Assembly: GCA_014654265.1 (NCBI GenBank)
Contig: JACWDI010000004.1
Coordinates: 2,312 to 66,311 of the forward strand
Direction: 5' to 3'
DNA: 64,000 bases
From: Pelagibacterales bacterium SAG-MED11
Lineage (GTDB): Bacteria; Pseudomonadota; Alphaproteobacteria; Pelagibacterales; Pelagibacteraceae
The notes beneath the pieces are model-generated. The model was not told where the DNA came from. It made no database searches and worked only from the letters and a program-made list of their open reading frames with translations. Both the position numbers and the translations under genes were made by a program. This document shows, piece by piece, positions 27,119 through 39,103 of the stretch (positions within the stretch are counted from its first letter, which is position 1; each line of letters starts with the position of its first letter).

Positions 27119-29176
27119 TTGTTTATGGATAATAAAAGTAATTATAAATATCTATTGTCAGATTTGTCAATTTTAAAAGGTGTAGGTAATAAAACCACCA
27201 ATTTACTTAAAAAAAAAAGAATAAACAATATTTTTGATCTATTATGGAAATTACCTAAGTCATATACAGATAGAAGTTTATCATCTAAAATAAAAGATTT
27301 GAAGTTGGGAGAAATTCAAACAATAACAATAGTTCCTAAAAAATATTCTTTTCCTCGAATAAGAAATCTACCAAATAGAGTTGTTTGTTCAGATGAAACA
27401 GGAGAATTAGACTGCATTTTTTTCAATAGTCACGAGGGATATATTAAAAAGATTTTACCTATAGGAAAGAATGTAACAATAAGTGGTAAAATAGGTAGAT
27501 TCAGAAACAAATATCAGCTTACTAATCCAAAATATATTTCTGAAAATGCTTCGTTAATAAAACAAAAACATAACACATATTCACTTACAGAAGGTATTAC
27601 AGAAAAAGTTTACAATAAGATAATAAAACAGATAATGGACAAATTACCTATTTTAGATGAATGGCATTCTAAAGAATTACTAAAAAAATTTGATGGTATA
27701 AGTTGGAATGAGTCAATAAAAGAATTACACGAACCCCAAAATCAAGGAAATTATAAAGATAATTTTTATCAAAGACTTGCTTATGATGAAATCTTTTCTA
27801 CATTTTTAGTTAATTCAGAAATCAGAAAAAAAATAAAAAAGATTAAGAAAAAGAAGAAAAAAATAAATTTAAAAAAGCAAGCTTTAATAATAAAGAATTT
27901 AGATTTTACGCTTACAAATGATCAATTAAAATCACTTAAAGAAATAAATAGTGATTTATGTGCTAATACTAAAATGTTTAGACTGTTACAGGGGGATGTT
28001 GGAAGTGGTAAAACTATCGTTTCTCTTATTTCTGCATATAATACAATAAATTCAGGTTTTCAAGTTGCTTTAATGGCTCCGACTGAAATTTTAGCTAGAC
28101 AGCATTTTAATCTTGCAAAAAAATTATTACCTAAAAATATGAATATAAGATTAATTTCAGGCAAATCAGAATATAAAGATAAAAAAGAAATACTTAATGA
28201 ATTATCAAATCATGAGATAGATATAGTTTTTGGAACTCATGCAATTTTTCAAAAAAAAGTAACTTTTAAAAAGTTAGGATTAATAATTATAGATGAACAG
28301 CATAAATTTGGTGTAAATCAAAGAAAGAAATTATCCGATAAAGGTGGAAATGATTGTGATGTTTTATTAATGACAGCTACACCAATTCCAAGAACATTAA
28401 CCATGACAATTTATGGTGATATGGATATTTCAATAATTAGAGAAAAGCCAGCAGCAAGAAAACTCATTAAAACCTACAGTAAATTAGAAACTAAAATTGA
28501 TGATGTTTTAATGTTTATAAAAAAACAAATAGAACTTAACAATCAAGTTTTTTGGGTTTGCCCTTTGATTGAAGAGTCGAAAAAAGTTGATCACACATCT
28601 GCTGTCAAAAAATTTGAATATCTTAGTAAGACATTCCCAAATAATGTAGGTCTGCTTCATGGAAAAACTAATATTGAGGATAAAGAACTTATACTAAATG
28701 ATTTTCTTAATAATAAATTTAAGATATTGGTTTCTACTACAATTATTGAAGTTGGAATTGATTTTCCTAACGCCAATGCAATTATAATAGAAAATGCTAA
28801 TAAATTTGGCTTGTCTCAATTACATCAACTAAGAGGTAGAGTTGGAAGAGGCAGTAAACAGTCCACCTGTATACTCATGTTCAAATCTAACTTGAGTGAA
28901 AATGCAAAAAAAAGAATTAATATACTTAAAGATTCTAATGATGGTTTTAAAATTTCTGAAGAAGATATGAAAATTAGAGGTTTTGGAGACATTTTGGGTT
29001 TTAAACAAAGTGGAATAAAAAATTTTAAATTAGCTGACCCTCTTCTAAATGAAGATCTATTTTTATTAGCTGAAAAGGAAATGAATAGAATTGAAAAAGC
29101 TGATGAAGATATAGGTAAATATAAACCTCTAATAAAGTTATACGATAGAGCAGATATAATTAATGATATAGCTTAA
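27119..29176 (+). CDS. recG: ATP-dependent DNA helicase RecG
   Basis: 685 aa. OB wedge domain, Walker A GDVGSGKT, DEQH box, QLHQLRGRVGRG, and the C-terminal TRG-like motif. The track start is TTG at 27119; an ATG at 27125 is an alternative. Confidence 0.9.
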   Translation: MFMDNKSNYKYLLSDLSILKGVGNKTTNLLKKKRINNIFDLLWKLPKSYTDRSLSSKIKDLKLGEIQTITIVPKKYSFPRIRNLPNRVVCSDETGELDCIFFNSHEGYIKKILPIGKNVTISGKIGRFRNKYQLTNPKYISENASLIKQKHNTYSLTEGITEKVYNKIIKQIMDKLPILDEWHSKELLKKFDGISWNESIKELHEPQNQGNYKDNFYQRLAYDEIFSTFLVNSEIRKKIKKIKKKKKKINLKKQALIIKNLDFTLTNDQLKSLKEINSDLCANTKMFRLLQGDVGSGKTIVSLISAYNTINSGFQVALMAPTEILARQHFNLAKKLLPKNMNIRLISGKSEYKDKKEILNELSNHEIDIVFGTHAIFQKKVTFKKLGLIIIDEQHKFGVNQRKKLSDKGGNDCDVLLMTATPIPRTLTMTIYGDMDISIIREKPAARKLIKTYSKLETKIDDVLMFIKKQIELNNQVFWVCPLIEESKKVDHTSAVKKFEYLSKTFPNNVGLLHGKTNIEDKELILNDFLNNKFKILVSTTIIEVGIDFPNANAIIIENANKFGLSQLHQLRGRVGRGSKQSTCILMFKSNLSENAKKRINILKDSNDGFKISEEDMKIRGFGDILGFKQSGIKNFKLADPLLNEDLFLLAEKEMNRIEKADEDIGKYKPLIKLYDRADIINDIA

Positions 29177-29790
29177 TTCTTACCTGAAGATGTTCCTGCT
29201 GAGACTATAAATTTTGAAGCTTCTTCAAAAGTCATATTAAGATAAATAACGTCATTAATAGGAAACATTAATAAAAAACCACTTGTTGGATTTGGAGTTG
29301 TTGGTACAAAAACATTAATTAATCTTTGATTGGTTTTATCCGCCATTTCACCTTTATTTTCTTTAGTTGCAAATCCAACAGCCCACACACCTTTTCTTGG
29401 ATATTCTATTAATACAACACTTTTTTTATCATTATCTTTATTTGAAAAAGACTCTGTCATTTGAAGAATTGCAGAATAAATAGTTCTTAAGAAAGGTATT
29501 CTTTTAAATAAATCGTCAATTAATTTAAGTATTCTTTTTCCTAAAAAGGATAATGATAAACCACCCACAATAGTTATTAAGATAATTGAAATTAATATTT
29601 CAATACCTGGAATCGCATATGGTAGATAATTATTAGGGTTGATATTTTCAGGAATAAGATTTGATGAAACTCCAATAAGGATTTTACTAAGATATAAAGT
29701 AAAACCAATAGGTATAAGAACAACCACTCCTGTTATAAAATAATTTCTTAAAATAAGTGTAAAAGATCTTTTTTTTCTATTTTTTTTCAT
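29173..29790 (-). CDS. DUF502-family membrane protein
   Basis: 205 aa. Two N-terminal TMs followed by the conserved block IPFLRTIYSAILQ...PTTPNPTSGFLLMFP typical of DUF502. Confidence 0.7.
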   Translation of the reverse strand: MKKNRKKRSFTLILRNYFITGVVVLIPIGFTLYLSKILIGVSSNLIPENINPNNYLPYAIPGIEILISIILITIVGGLSLSFLGKRILKLIDDLFKRIPFLRTIYSAILQMTESFSNKDNDKKSVVLIEYPRKGVWAVGFATKENKGEMADKTNQRLINVFVPTTPNPTSGFLLMFPINDVIYLNMTFEEASKFIVSAGTSSGKN

Positions 29791-29902
29791 AAGGTTAATT
29801 AAAACTAGAGTAAATTACGAAAGAAATTGCAATAATAAATAAAATTAGCAAAATTTTATTATTTAGATTCATTTAAAAATATATTATCAATGATAATTGA
29901 AA

Positions 29903-30730
29903 ATGGATAGAAGAAAATTCTTAACTTATGTTGGTTGTGGCTGTTGTGGTTTTGCCCTCAATTCTTGTACTACAGCTCCTATTACTGAAAGAAGACAATT
30001 AAAGATTGTTTCTGAGGCTAAGCTAAATGCTCAAGCAGCAGCTATTTATGAAAAAGTAAAAGAAAAAGAAAAAATGAGTGATGATTTAAAATCACTTAAT
30101 GAAATTAAGGAAATAGGAAAAAAAATGGAATATTCAATAGGTGAATATTTCTACAGATCAAAATTAAATGATCCCACAGTAAATTTTGATTGGGAATATA
30201 TATTAATTGATAATAAAAAAGTTAGAAATGCATGGTGTATGCCAGGTGGTAAAATTGCAATTTATTCTGGTATGCTTGAAGTTACAAAAAATAAAAATGG
30301 TCTAGCAGCTGTGATGGGTCATGAAATAGCACATGCTGTAGCAAAACATTCAGTTGAAAGGGCAAGTCGAGGTGCTCTTCTTAATACTGGAACTCAAATT
30401 GTTGATATTCTGAGTGGTGGTAAATTATCTCAAGTTAATAGAACCACAGGAATGAATACGGTTGGTTTACTTTCTCAATTAGGAATTATGTTCCCTTTTA
30501 ATAGAAAACAAGAAAGTGAAGCGGATTACCTTGGATTAATTTTTTCTTCTTTATCAGGATATGATATTAGGGAAACAACTAAAATTTGGGAAAGAATGAA
30601 AGAATTTAATAAGGGAAAAACTCCATCTGAATTTATGAGCACCCATCCTTCTCCAGATAATCGTATCAGAAAAATTAAAGAGTGGACTAATAGTGTAACT
30701 CTCGATTATCCACCTATAAAAGATGTCTAA
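29903..30730 (+). CDS. M48-family Zn metalloprotease, exported lipoprotein
   Basis: HEIAHAV (HExxH) and a downstream E(S)EADYLG. The N-terminus MDRRKFLTYVGCGCCGFALNSC looks like a Tat-type RR signal plus lipobox. The track ORF begins 2 codons earlier at TTG. Confidence 0.8.
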   Translation: MDRRKFLTYVGCGCCGFALNSCTTAPITERRQLKIVSEAKLNAQAAAIYEKVKEKEKMSDDLKSLNEIKEIGKKMEYSIGEYFYRSKLNDPTVNFDWEYILIDNKKVRNAWCMPGGKIAIYSGMLEVTKNKNGLAAVMGHEIAHAVAKHSVERASRGALLNTGTQIVDILSGGKLSQVNRTTGMNTVGLLSQLGIMFPFNRKQESEADYLGLIFSSLSGYDIRETTKIWERMKEFNKGKTPSEFMSTHPSPDNRIRKIKEWTNSVTLDYPPIKDV

Positions 30731-30736
30731 ATTATG

Positions 30737-30812
<76 letters not shown>

Positions 30813-30894
30813 ACATTCATTAGATGAATTAAGTCTATATATAGAATTATTTTAATAATTCAAATAGGAATTTCTGAGACAAATAGTTTCTTAT

Positions 30895-32007
30895 TTAGAG
30901 CTTTTCAATATATTTATCATGAAAGGTGTCAAATGTACCATTTTCAATATTCTTTCTTATTGCAGTCATCAACTCTTGATAAAAGTTTATATTGTGTAAA
31001 GTTAAAATCATTGATCCTAAAATTTCGTTAGTATTAAAGAGATGATTCAAATAATTCTTTGAATACTTGTTCAGATTGAGATTTCTACAATCATCATCCA
31101 GAGGAGTATTATCGTCTTTATATCTATTATTTTTAACATTTATTCTACCATTCCAAGTAAAGGCCAATCCTGTTCTTCCTGATCTTGTTGGCATCACACA
31201 ATCAAACATATCGATACCTCTTTTAACAGCACCTAAAATATCAGATGGAGTACCTACTCCCATTAAATAATGTGGTTTATTGTTTGGTAAATCATCTTTA
31301 ATATCATCTAAAACTGAAAACATTTCTTTTTGGGTTTCTCCTACCGCTAATCCTCCAATGGCATAACCATCAAAATTAATTTTTTCTAATTCCTGTAATG
31401 ATTGTAATCTAAGGTCTTTAAAAAGTCCTCCTTGTATTATTCCAAATAAAGCTTTGTGTGGATTTTTGCCAAAGGCAATTTTCGATCTTTTTGCCCAATA
31501 TAAAGATAACTCCATAGATTTTTGTATTATCTTATAATCATCAGTTTTTTTTGGACACTCATCCATAATCATTACAATATCTGAATTCAATCCAAGTTGA
31601 ATTCTAATACTTTCTTCAGGACTTAAATAAAATTTTTTTCCATCCACATGTGAATTAAAAATAGCTCCTTTTTCTCTATCAATCTTATTTAATTTAGATA
31701 ATGACATCACTTGAAAGCCTCCAGAGTCAGTAAGTATCGGCAAATCACAATTCATAAATTTATGTAAACCACCAGCTTTCTGAATTCTATCAACCCCAGG
31801 TCTAATCATTAAGTGATAAGTATTTCCAAGAATAATCTCAGATCCTGTTTGAATTATATCATTAATTGTGCATGCTTTAACTGTTGCTTGGGTTCCAACT
31901 GGCATAAAGGCAGGTGTTTTAATATTACCTCTATGTGTTTCAATTAAACCATGTCTAGCGTATTTATCTTTGTTTAATACATTAAAAGCAAAATCTTTTA
32001 ATGCCAT
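30895..32007 (-). CDS. tgt: queuine tRNA-ribosyltransferase
   Basis: 370 aa. The motifs TPAFMPVGT, TDSGGFQV, GLAVGE and the Zn site CxC..C...H region (FDCVMPTR...) fit Tgt. Confidence 0.9.
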   Translation of the reverse strand: MALKDFAFNVLNKDKYARHGLIETHRGNIKTPAFMPVGTQATVKACTINDIIQTGSEIILGNTYHLMIRPGVDRIQKAGGLHKFMNCDLPILTDSGGFQVMSLSKLNKIDREKGAIFNSHVDGKKFYLSPEESIRIQLGLNSDIVMIMDECPKKTDDYKIIQKSMELSLYWAKRSKIAFGKNPHKALFGIIQGGLFKDLRLQSLQELEKINFDGYAIGGLAVGETQKEMFSVLDDIKDDLPNNKPHYLMGVGTPSDILGAVKRGIDMFDCVMPTRSGRTGLAFTWNGRINVKNNRYKDDNTPLDDDCRNLNLNKYSKNYLNHLFNTNEILGSMILTLHNINFYQELMTAIRKNIENGTFDTFHDKYIEKL

Positions 32008-32013
32008 TAAAGT

Positions 32014-32583
32014 CTATAAAGATTTAAAGCTAATTATTTTATCCGGATCTGACACAGAACCGTTATTACTTTCATCACCTCTTTTAATTTTATCCACGTA
32101 TTTCATTCCTTCGACTACTTTTCCAAAAACTGTATACTGATTATCTAAAAATGGTGCAGGTTTAAAACAAATAAAAAATTGACTATTGGCACTATTAGGA
32201 TCTGATGATCTTGCCATAGATAAGGTTCCTCTATCATGTGGCAGCTTGCTAAATTCTTGTTTTAAATCTGGTAAATCAGAACCACCCATACCCGCTCTTC
32301 CTAAATCAAAATCGTTAGAAGATGAATTACCAAATTTAACATCGCCAGTTTGAGCCATAAATCCATCTATTACTCTATGAAAAACAACATTATCATATTT
32401 TCCATTGTCAGCTAGCTCTTTAATTCTTTTCACATGATTAGGCGCTACATCCGAAAATAACTCTATCTTAACATCTCCATCTTTTAATTTTAAAATCATT
32501 ATATTCTCCTGTGCTATTGATTGATTAGTTGCTAAAAAAAATAAGATAAATATCTTTATTAAAAATCTATTCATAATTATCAT
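32014..32583 (-). CDS. ppiB: periplasmic peptidyl-prolyl cis-trans isomerase (cyclophilin type)
   Basis: 189 aa with a signal peptide and the motifs FHRVIDGFMAQTGD, GTLSMAR and SQFFICF. Confidence 0.85.
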   Translation of the reverse strand: MIIMNRFLIKIFILFFLATNQSIAQENIMILKLKDGDVKIELFSDVAPNHVKRIKELADNGKYDNVVFHRVIDGFMAQTGDVKFGNSSSNDFDLGRAGMGGSDLPDLKQEFSKLPHDRGTLSMARSSDPNSANSQFFICFKPAPFLDNQYTVFGKVVEGMKYVDKIKRGDESNNGSVSDPDKIISFKSL

Positions 32584-33070
32584 TCTTATCTTTTAAAGAT
32601 TTAATTGTACTTTTAGTCGTAAATTTTTTTATGTCACCACCTAATTTAACAATTTCTTTAACAAATTTTGATGAGATAATCTGATTTTCAACATCTGACA
32701 TTAAGAAAATTGTCTCTATATTATTGTTTAATTTTCTATTCATTCCAGCTAGTTGAAATTCATATTCAAAATCTGAAACTGCTCTTAAGCCTCTTAGAAT
32801 TATATTGGATTTAAACTTTTTACATAAGTCAGTTGTAAGTGAGTTGAAAGAAACAACTACAATTTTTTTCTTGCTCAATTTAAGATCTTCGAATAGCGCT
32901 TTGTTTACAATATTTATTCTTTCTTCTGAGCTAAATAAATAATTTTTATTATTAACATTTGAAACACCCACAACTATCTTATCAAACAATTTTAGTGCTT
33001 TTTGAATTACATCAATGTGTCCGTATGTTATTGGATCAAATGTGCCTGGATATATTGCGACTTTATTCAT
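32567..33070 (-). CDS. coaD: phosphopantetheine adenylyltransferase
   Basis: 167 aa. N-terminal YPGTFDPITYGHID, plus RGLRAVSDFEYE. Confidence 0.9.
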   Translation of the reverse strand: MNKVAIYPGTFDPITYGHIDVIQKALKLFDKIVVGVSNVNNKNYLFSSEERINIVNKALFEDLKLSKKKIVVVSFNSLTTDLCKKFKSNIILRGLRAVSDFEYEFQLAGMNRKLNNNIETIFLMSDVENQIISSKFVKEIVKLGGDIKKFTTKSTIKSLKDKNDNYE

Positions 33071-35649
33071 TAGATTAAATTATCATCAATTTTAATTGCA
33101 GAAACAACTTTTTCATCTCCTGATAATTTAATAATTCTAACACCTTGGGTATTCCTGCCAGCTGATCTAATTTCTTTGACAGCAACTCTAATTACTCTAC
33201 CCTTATTTGTTGAAATCAATATTTCATCTCCTTCAAACACAGGAAATGATGAGGTTATATTTCCATTTCTTGGCGAATTTACAATTCCAATAATTCCTTT
33301 ACCACCACGATTTGTTACTCGATAATCGATATGAGAAGTCTTTTTGCCGTATCCATTCTCACTAATTGACAAAACAAATTTTTCTTTAGCTTTAATTTCA
33401 GATTTTTCATCTTTAGATATTTTGCCATTTTTTTTTATTTTGTCATTATCAATTACAGAAAGAGATACTATTTGATCATTTGTAGCTAATTCAATCCCCT
33501 TAATTCCTTTAGATGAGCGACCTTTAAAAACTCTTAATTTTTTTGCTTCAAATCGGATACATTTACCAAATTTAGTACTCAACATAATATCTTGATCATC
33601 CTGACATATTTTTACACCTACAATTTTATCATTATTATCAAGTTTCATTGCAATCTTTCCTGAGGCATTAATTGAGGAAAAATCATCTAGGCTATTTTTT
33701 CTAACTTTACCTTGAGCAGTTGCAAAAATTATTTGATAATTCTTAAGGTCTGTGTCATTTTCTGGCATCGGCATGATTGAGCTTATAGACTGGTGATTTT
33801 TTAAAGGTAGAATATTAAACAAAGATTTACCTTTTGAAGTTGTTGACCCTTCAGGGATTTTCCATGCTTTGATTTTATAAACTAAACCCTCTGTAGAAAA
33901 AAATAAAACAGAAGTATGGGTATTTACTGATAATGTTTGAATGACAGAGTCCTGATCTCTTGTTGTAATTCCAGATTTTCCTTTACCACCTCTTTTTTGT
34001 TGTTTAACACCATCCAAAGAGCCCCTTTTTATATATCCTTGTAACGTGACGGTTATTATTACTGACTGTTTTTGAATTGTTTCTTCAATATCATAATTTA
34101 ATACAGCATCTATAATTTTAGTTCTTCTTGGGATTGCAAATTTTTCTTTAATACTTTTAAGCTCTTCACTGATTACTTTTAAAAGTTCTTTTTTAGAGGA
34201 TATAACTTTTTTAAATTTAGTAATTAATTCAGCTAATTTTTTTATCTCAAATTCTATTTCACTAGCTCCTAAGGCTGTTAATTTTTGTAATCTTAGTTCT
34301 AGAATAGCTAATACTTGAGGCTCTGTTAATGAGTAAAGATTTTTACTTTTTTTACCTTCCACTACAGAAATTAATTTTTGTGTTTTGTTGATTTTCCATT
34401 TTGTTTTTAGAATAGATTGTTTCGCGTCATCAGGGGTTTTTGATGAACGAATAATTTTAATAATCTTATCTAAATTTTCAACAGAAACAGATAAACCCAA
34501 TAAAATATGAGCACGATCTTCTGCTTTTTTTAAATCGAATTTAGTTTTTTTAATTACAACGTCCTCTCTAAACGATAAGAAGCTAGTTAAAAAATCTTTT
34601 AAATTACAAGTTTTTGGTTTTCCTTCAACTATAGCTAAGGTATTAAAACCAAAAGAACTTTCGATTTGGGTATTTTTGTAAAGTTGTCTTTTTATAGTTT
34701 CTGGCTCAACACCATTTCTTAAATCTATCGCTACTCTAATACCTTCTCTATTAGACTCATCTCTAATATCTTTAATACCCTCAATTTTTTTTTCTCTTAC
34801 TAATTGTGCAATTCTTTCATTCAAAACTGATTTGTTTACTTGATATGGAATAGATGTAATTACCAATCTATCTCTTCCATTTTTAAGAGACTCGGCTGAG
34901 ACTTCACCTCTTATTTTAAATGAACCTCTGCCATTGTTATATCCTTGTTTGATAATATCTTTGCCAATTATTACGCCACCTGTTGGAAAATCTGGTCCTG
35001 GTATATGTTTCATTAATTCTTTAATCTTAATATCTTTATTTTCAATCAAAGCTAATGTGCCATCAATAATTTCACCTAAATTATGCGGTGGAATACTCGT
35101 TGCCATTCCAACGGCTATACCACCTGCCCCATTTACCAATAAGTTTGGATATTGTGATGGGAGAACCGTAGGTTCCTTTTCAGTTTCATCATAATTACTT
35201 TTATATTCAACAGTATTTTTCTCAATGTCATCAATTAAATATTGAGAGACTTTCGAAAGCCTTGTTTCTGTATATCTCATTGCAGCTGCAGGATCTCCGT
35301 CGATAGAACCAAAGTTTCCTTGACCCTCAACTAAAGGTAAACTCATGGAAAAATCTTGTACCATTCTTACAAGGGCATCATATACAGACTGATCACCATG
35401 AGGATGATATTTACCAATTACATCACCTACTATTCTTGCAGATTTTCTAAATTGTTTAGACCAGTCATAGCCACCTTTGTACATTGCGTACAAAATTCTT
35501 CTATGAACTGGCTTTAGACCATCTCTGATATCAGGTAGTGCCCTACTTACTATTACACTCATTGCATAAGAAAGATAAGATGAGCTCATCTCATCGTGCA
35601 TTGAGATTAACTTAATATTTTTATCTTCAGGAACTTCTGTTTTTTGCAT
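33070..35649 (-). CDS. gyrA: DNA gyrase subunit A
   Basis: 859 aa. [25 protein letters not shown], the QRDR-like [14 protein letters not shown], active-site AAMRYTE, and C-terminal beta-pinwheel repeats. Confidence 0.95.
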   Translation of the reverse strand: MQKTEVPEDKNIKLISMHDEMSSSYLSYAMSVIVSRALPDIRDGLKPVHRRILYAMYKGGYDWSKQFRKSARIVGDVIGKYHPHGDQSVYDALVRMVQDFSMSLPLVEGQGNFGSIDGDPAAAMRYTETRLSKVSQYLIDDIEKNTVEYKSNYDETEKEPTVLPSQYPNLLVNGAGGIAVGMATSIPPHNLGEIIDGTLALIENKDIKIKELMKHIPGPDFPTGGVIIGKDIIKQGYNNGRGSFKIRGEVSAESLKNGRDRLVITSIPYQVNKSVLNERIAQLVREKKIEGIKDIRDESNREGIRVAIDLRNGVEPETIKRQLYKNTQIESSFGFNTLAIVEGKPKTCNLKDFLTSFLSFREDVVIKKTKFDLKKAEDRAHILLGLSVSVENLDKIIKIIRSSKTPDDAKQSILKTKWKINKTQKLISVVEGKKSKNLYSLTEPQVLAILELRLQKLTALGASEIEFEIKKLAELITKFKKVISSKKELLKVISEELKSIKEKFAIPRRTKIIDAVLNYDIEETIQKQSVIITVTLQGYIKRGSLDGVKQQKRGGKGKSGITTRDQDSVIQTLSVNTHTSVLFFSTEGLVYKIKAWKIPEGSTTSKGKSLFNILPLKNHQSISSIMPMPENDTDLKNYQIIFATAQGKVRKNSLDDFSSINASGKIAMKLDNNDKIVGVKICQDDQDIMLSTKFGKCIRFEAKKLRVFKGRSSKGIKGIELATNDQIVSLSVIDNDKIKKNGKISKDEKSEIKAKEKFVLSISENGYGKKTSHIDYRVTNRGGKGIIGIVNSPRNGNITSSFPVFEGDEILISTNKGRVIRVAVKEIRSAGRNTQGVRIIKLSGDEKVVSAIKIDDNLI

Positions 35650-35654
35650 ATGAA

Positions 35655-36110
35655 TTAAAACGGAATTTCGTCATCCATATCATTAGATATTTGAGACATG
35701 TCATCATTGTTAGATGTTGATTGAGTATTGTCATTAGCTATTCCGCCGCCAGAATTTCCACCACCCAACATTGTTAAAGATGAATTATAACCTTGAATAA
35801 CTATTTCAGTTGAATACTTATCCTGACCAGATTGCTCGTCTTTCCATTTTCTAGTTGTTAATTGACCTTCAACATAAATCTGAGCACCTTTTTTCAAATA
35901 TTGTTGAACAACATTTACTAGTCCTTCGTTAAATACAACTATACGGTGCCATTCAGTTTTCTCTTTTTTTTCACCTGAATTCTTATCTTTCCAAGATTGA
36001 CTAGTAGCTAAACTTAATCTAGCTACGCTTTTACCGTTAACCATTTGTTTAATTTCAGGGTCTGCGCCCAAACGACCAATTAATAGTACTTTATTTAAAC
36101 TTCCAGCCAT
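35655..36110 (-). CDS. ssb: single-stranded DNA-binding protein
   Basis: 151 aa. OB fold ([15 protein letters not shown]...TEWHRIVVF), a Gly/Asn-rich linker and an acidic tail ending DDEIPF. Confidence 0.9.
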   Translation of the reverse strand: MAGSLNKVLLIGRLGADPEIKQMVNGKSVARLSLATSQSWKDKNSGEKKEKTEWHRIVVFNEGLVNVVQQYLKKGAQIYVEGQLTTRKWKDEQSGQDKYSTEIVIQGYNSSLTMLGGGNSGGGIANDNTQSTSNNDDMSQISNDMDDEIPF

Positions 36111-36200
36111 AATATTTTAATATTTGTTAAATTAATTTATTTGAACTATATCACAATTTACTCTGAATATTAATTTTATTAAGTCAAAGCAACAAAAATT

Positions 36201-39056
36201 ATGATTAAAAAGATAGTTATTAAGGGAGCTAAAGAACATAATTTGAAGAATATTTCTTTAGAAATACCTAAAGATAAATTTGTTGTAATTACTGGCCTAT
36301 CTGGATCGGGAAAATCATCATTAGCATTTGATACAGTCTATGCTGAAGGACAAAGAAGATATGTTGAAAGTTTATCGGCATATGCAAGACAATTTTTAGA
36401 CAAAATGAAAAAACCAAATGTAGATTTAATTGAGGGATTAAGTCCAGCTATATCAATTGAGCAAAAAAATACATCAAAAAATCCTAGGTCTACAGTTGCA
36501 ACAGTGACTGAAATTTATGATTATATGAGAGTACTGTATGCTAGAGCAGGAATACCTTTTTCACCATTTACTGGTAAACCTATTACATCACAAACTGTCA
36601 CACAAATTGTTGATAAAATTAAAGAACTCCCAAAAAAATCAACTATATATATTTATGCACCAGTCGTAAGAGGTCGTAAGGGAGAATATAGAAAAGAAAT
36701 CTTAAATTACAAAAAAAGAGGGTTTAGAAAAATAAAAATAGATGATGTTTTATACGATATTGAAAAAGTCCCTGAATTAAATAAAAAAGTTAAACACGAT
36801 ATTTACATTCTTGTTGATAGAATAGTTCTAAATTCATCTCTAGGAAATAGACTGGCTGAAAGTATTGAGTCATCGATTAATATTGCTAATGGTTTAGTTT
36901 TTGTTGAATATGAGGATGAAACTTTACCTAAAAAATTTAGAAAATTAGAAAAATTAATATTTTCAACTAAATTTGCCTGTCCAGAAAGTGGCTTCACAAT
37001 TGAAGAAATTGAACCTAGACTTTTTTCTTTTAATAGTCCATTTGGTGCTTGTGAAGAATGTGAAGGAATAGGAATAAAATTAAACGTTGATCCAAATTTG
37101 GTTATACCAAATGAAAAGAAAAGTATCGCAGATGGAGCTATAGAGCCCTGGGCAAAAACTACAACTTTATATTATGCACAAACACTCTCGTCATTAGCAA
37201 AACATTATGGATTCTCATTAGAGGATAAATGGTCAAAACTTTCAAAAAAGATAAAAGATATAATCCTTTATGGATCTGATGAAGAAGAAATAAAGTTCTC
37301 ATATGATGATGGTTATGAAAAATATTCTCATAAAAAAACATTTGAAGGAGTAATAAACAACCTAGAAAGAAGATACTTAGAAACAGATAGTGATTGGAAA
37401 AGAGAGGAAATTTCTCAATACCAATCTGATACAAAGTGTGAGAGATGTAATGGTCATAGACTAAAAGATGAAGCTCTTTGTGTTAAAATTGATGGATTAC
37501 ATATAAGTGAAGTAACTGAAAAGTCTATTTCTGATGCTGCTAAATGGTTTGAAAATCTTAAAAATACTCTTGATAAAAGACAAGTAAAAATTGCTGAACA
37601 TATTTTAAAAGAGATAAATGAAAGATTAAATTTTTTATTAAATGTTGGTCTTGACTATCTTACACTATCAAGAGAGTCTGGAACTTTATCGGGTGGTGAG
37701 GCACAAAGAATACGTTTAGCTTCACAAATTGGTTCTGGATTAACAGGTGTTTTATATGTGCTTGATGAACCTTCTATCGGTCTTCATCAAAAAGATAATG
37801 TTAAATTAATTAATGCACTTAAAAGGTTGCGAGATTTAGGTAACACAGTAATTGTAGTAGAGCATGATACTGAAACAATGGAAAACGCAGATCATATAAT
37901 TGATCTTGGTCCTGAAGCTGGTAATAATGGTGGTGAAATAGTTGCACAAGGTTCTTTTAAAGAAATTAGCCAAAATAAAAACAGTATAACAGGTAAATAT
38001 CTTTCAAATAAATTAAAGATTAATGTTCCTCAAAAAAGAAGGTTGGCAAAAAATGGTAGATTTTTAGAAATTACGGGAGCTAGTGGTAACAACTTGGATA
38101 ATGTAAATTTAAAAATACCACTTGGTAGTTTAACTTGTGTAACTGGTGTATCTGGTAGTGGTAAATCTACGCTTGTGTTACAGACTTTATATAATGCACT
38201 CAACTTAACTCTAAATAATAATAAATCTAGAAAAATTCCAAAACCTTTTAAAGGCTTCAAAGGAACAGAGTTAGTGGATAAAATTATTGATATCGATCAG
38301 TCACCTATTGGTAGAACGCCCAGGTCTAATCCAGCAACATATACAGGTGCTTTTGGTCCAATTAGAGATTGGTTTACAGGATTACCAGAATCAAAAACAA
38401 GAGGTTATAAGCCAGGTCGATTTTCTTTTAATGTAAGAGGTGGAAGATGTGAGGCTTGTGAGGGTGATGGTGTAATTACTTATGAGATGCATTTTTTACC
38501 TGATGTTTATATACAGTGCGATGAATGCAAAGGAACCAGATATAATAGAGAAACCTTAGAAATAAAATTTAAAGATAAAAGTATTGCTGATGTTTTGGAT
38601 ATGACTGTAGATGAGGGTTGTGAATATTTTGAAAATATATCTAATATCAAAACTAAACTGCTCACATTGAAAAAAGTTGGTCTTGGGTATATAAAAATTG
38701 GACAACAAGCTACAACATTATCTGGTGGTGAGGCTCAAAGAATAAAACTTGCTAAGGAATTATCTAAACGTTCGACAGGTAGAACTATGTATATTTTAGA
38801 TGAACCTACTACAGGCCTACATCAACATGATATTAAAAAATTATTAGAAATTCTTCATACTTTTGTTTCACTAGGAAATACCGTGGTAGTCATAGAGCAT
38901 AATTTAGATGTGATAAAAACCGCAGATTATATAGTGGATATGGGTCCCGAGGGAGGAGTAAAAGGTGGAAAAATTATCGCAGAAGGTAAACCTGAAGAAA
39001 TCTGCAAGATTACTAACAGTTATACAGGTAAATTTTTAAAACCACTTTTAAATTAG
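36201..39056 (+). CDS. uvrA: excinuclease ABC subunit A
   Basis: 951 aa. Two ABC ATPase modules ([10 protein letters not shown] and [10 protein letters not shown]), LSGGEAQRI twice, and Zn-finger CxxC pairs. Confidence 0.95.
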   Translation: MIKKIVIKGAKEHNLKNISLEIPKDKFVVITGLSGSGKSSLAFDTVYAEGQRRYVESLSAYARQFLDKMKKPNVDLIEGLSPAISIEQKNTSKNPRSTVATVTEIYDYMRVLYARAGIPFSPFTGKPITSQTVTQIVDKIKELPKKSTIYIYAPVVRGRKGEYRKEILNYKKRGFRKIKIDDVLYDIEKVPELNKKVKHDIYILVDRIVLNSSLGNRLAESIESSINIANGLVFVEYEDETLPKKFRKLEKLIFSTKFACPESGFTIEEIEPRLFSFNSPFGACEECEGIGIKLNVDPNLVIPNEKKSIADGAIEPWAKTTTLYYAQTLSSLAKHYGFSLEDKWSKLSKKIKDIILYGSDEEEIKFSYDDGYEKYSHKKTFEGVINNLERRYLETDSDWKREEISQYQSDTKCERCNGHRLKDEALCVKIDGLHISEVTEKSISDAAKWFENLKNTLDKRQVKIAEHILKEINERLNFLLNVGLDYLTLSRESGTLSGGEAQRIRLASQIGSGLTGVLYVLDEPSIGLHQKDNVKLINALKRLRDLGNTVIVVEHDTETMENADHIIDLGPEAGNNGGEIVAQGSFKEISQNKNSITGKYLSNKLKINVPQKRRLAKNGRFLEITGASGNNLDNVNLKIPLGSLTCVTGVSGSGKSTLVLQTLYNALNLTLNNNKSRKIPKPFKGFKGTELVDKIIDIDQSPIGRTPRSNPATYTGAFGPIRDWFTGLPESKTRGYKPGRFSFNVRGGRCEACEGDGVITYEMHFLPDVYIQCDECKGTRYNRETLEIKFKDKSIADVLDMTVDEGCEYFENISNIKTKLLTLKKVGLGYIKIGQQATTLSGGEAQRIKLAKELSKRSTGRTMYILDEPTTGLHQHDIKKLLEILHTFVSLGNTVVVIEHNLDVIKTADYIVDMGPEGGVKGGKIIAEGKPEEICKITNSYTGKFLKPLLN

Positions 39057-39103
39057 ATAATAAATATTGTTATATCTAGATGAAATTAGTATATTAAAGA
39101 GTA

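Noticed and set aside
27826-27880. A-rich tract in recG (KKIKKIKKKKKKINLKK) as a possible repeat element or slippery site
   Set aside because: It is an in-frame low-complexity Lys linker between the wedge and helicase domains. There is no frame disruption and no repeat unit.
36111-36200. Search for an SOS (LexA) box in the divergent ssb/uvrA control region
   Set aside because: The alphaproteobacterial GAAC-N7-GAAC / GTTC-N7-GTTC pattern is absent. The best candidate, GAACTATATCACAAT, matches only one half-site.
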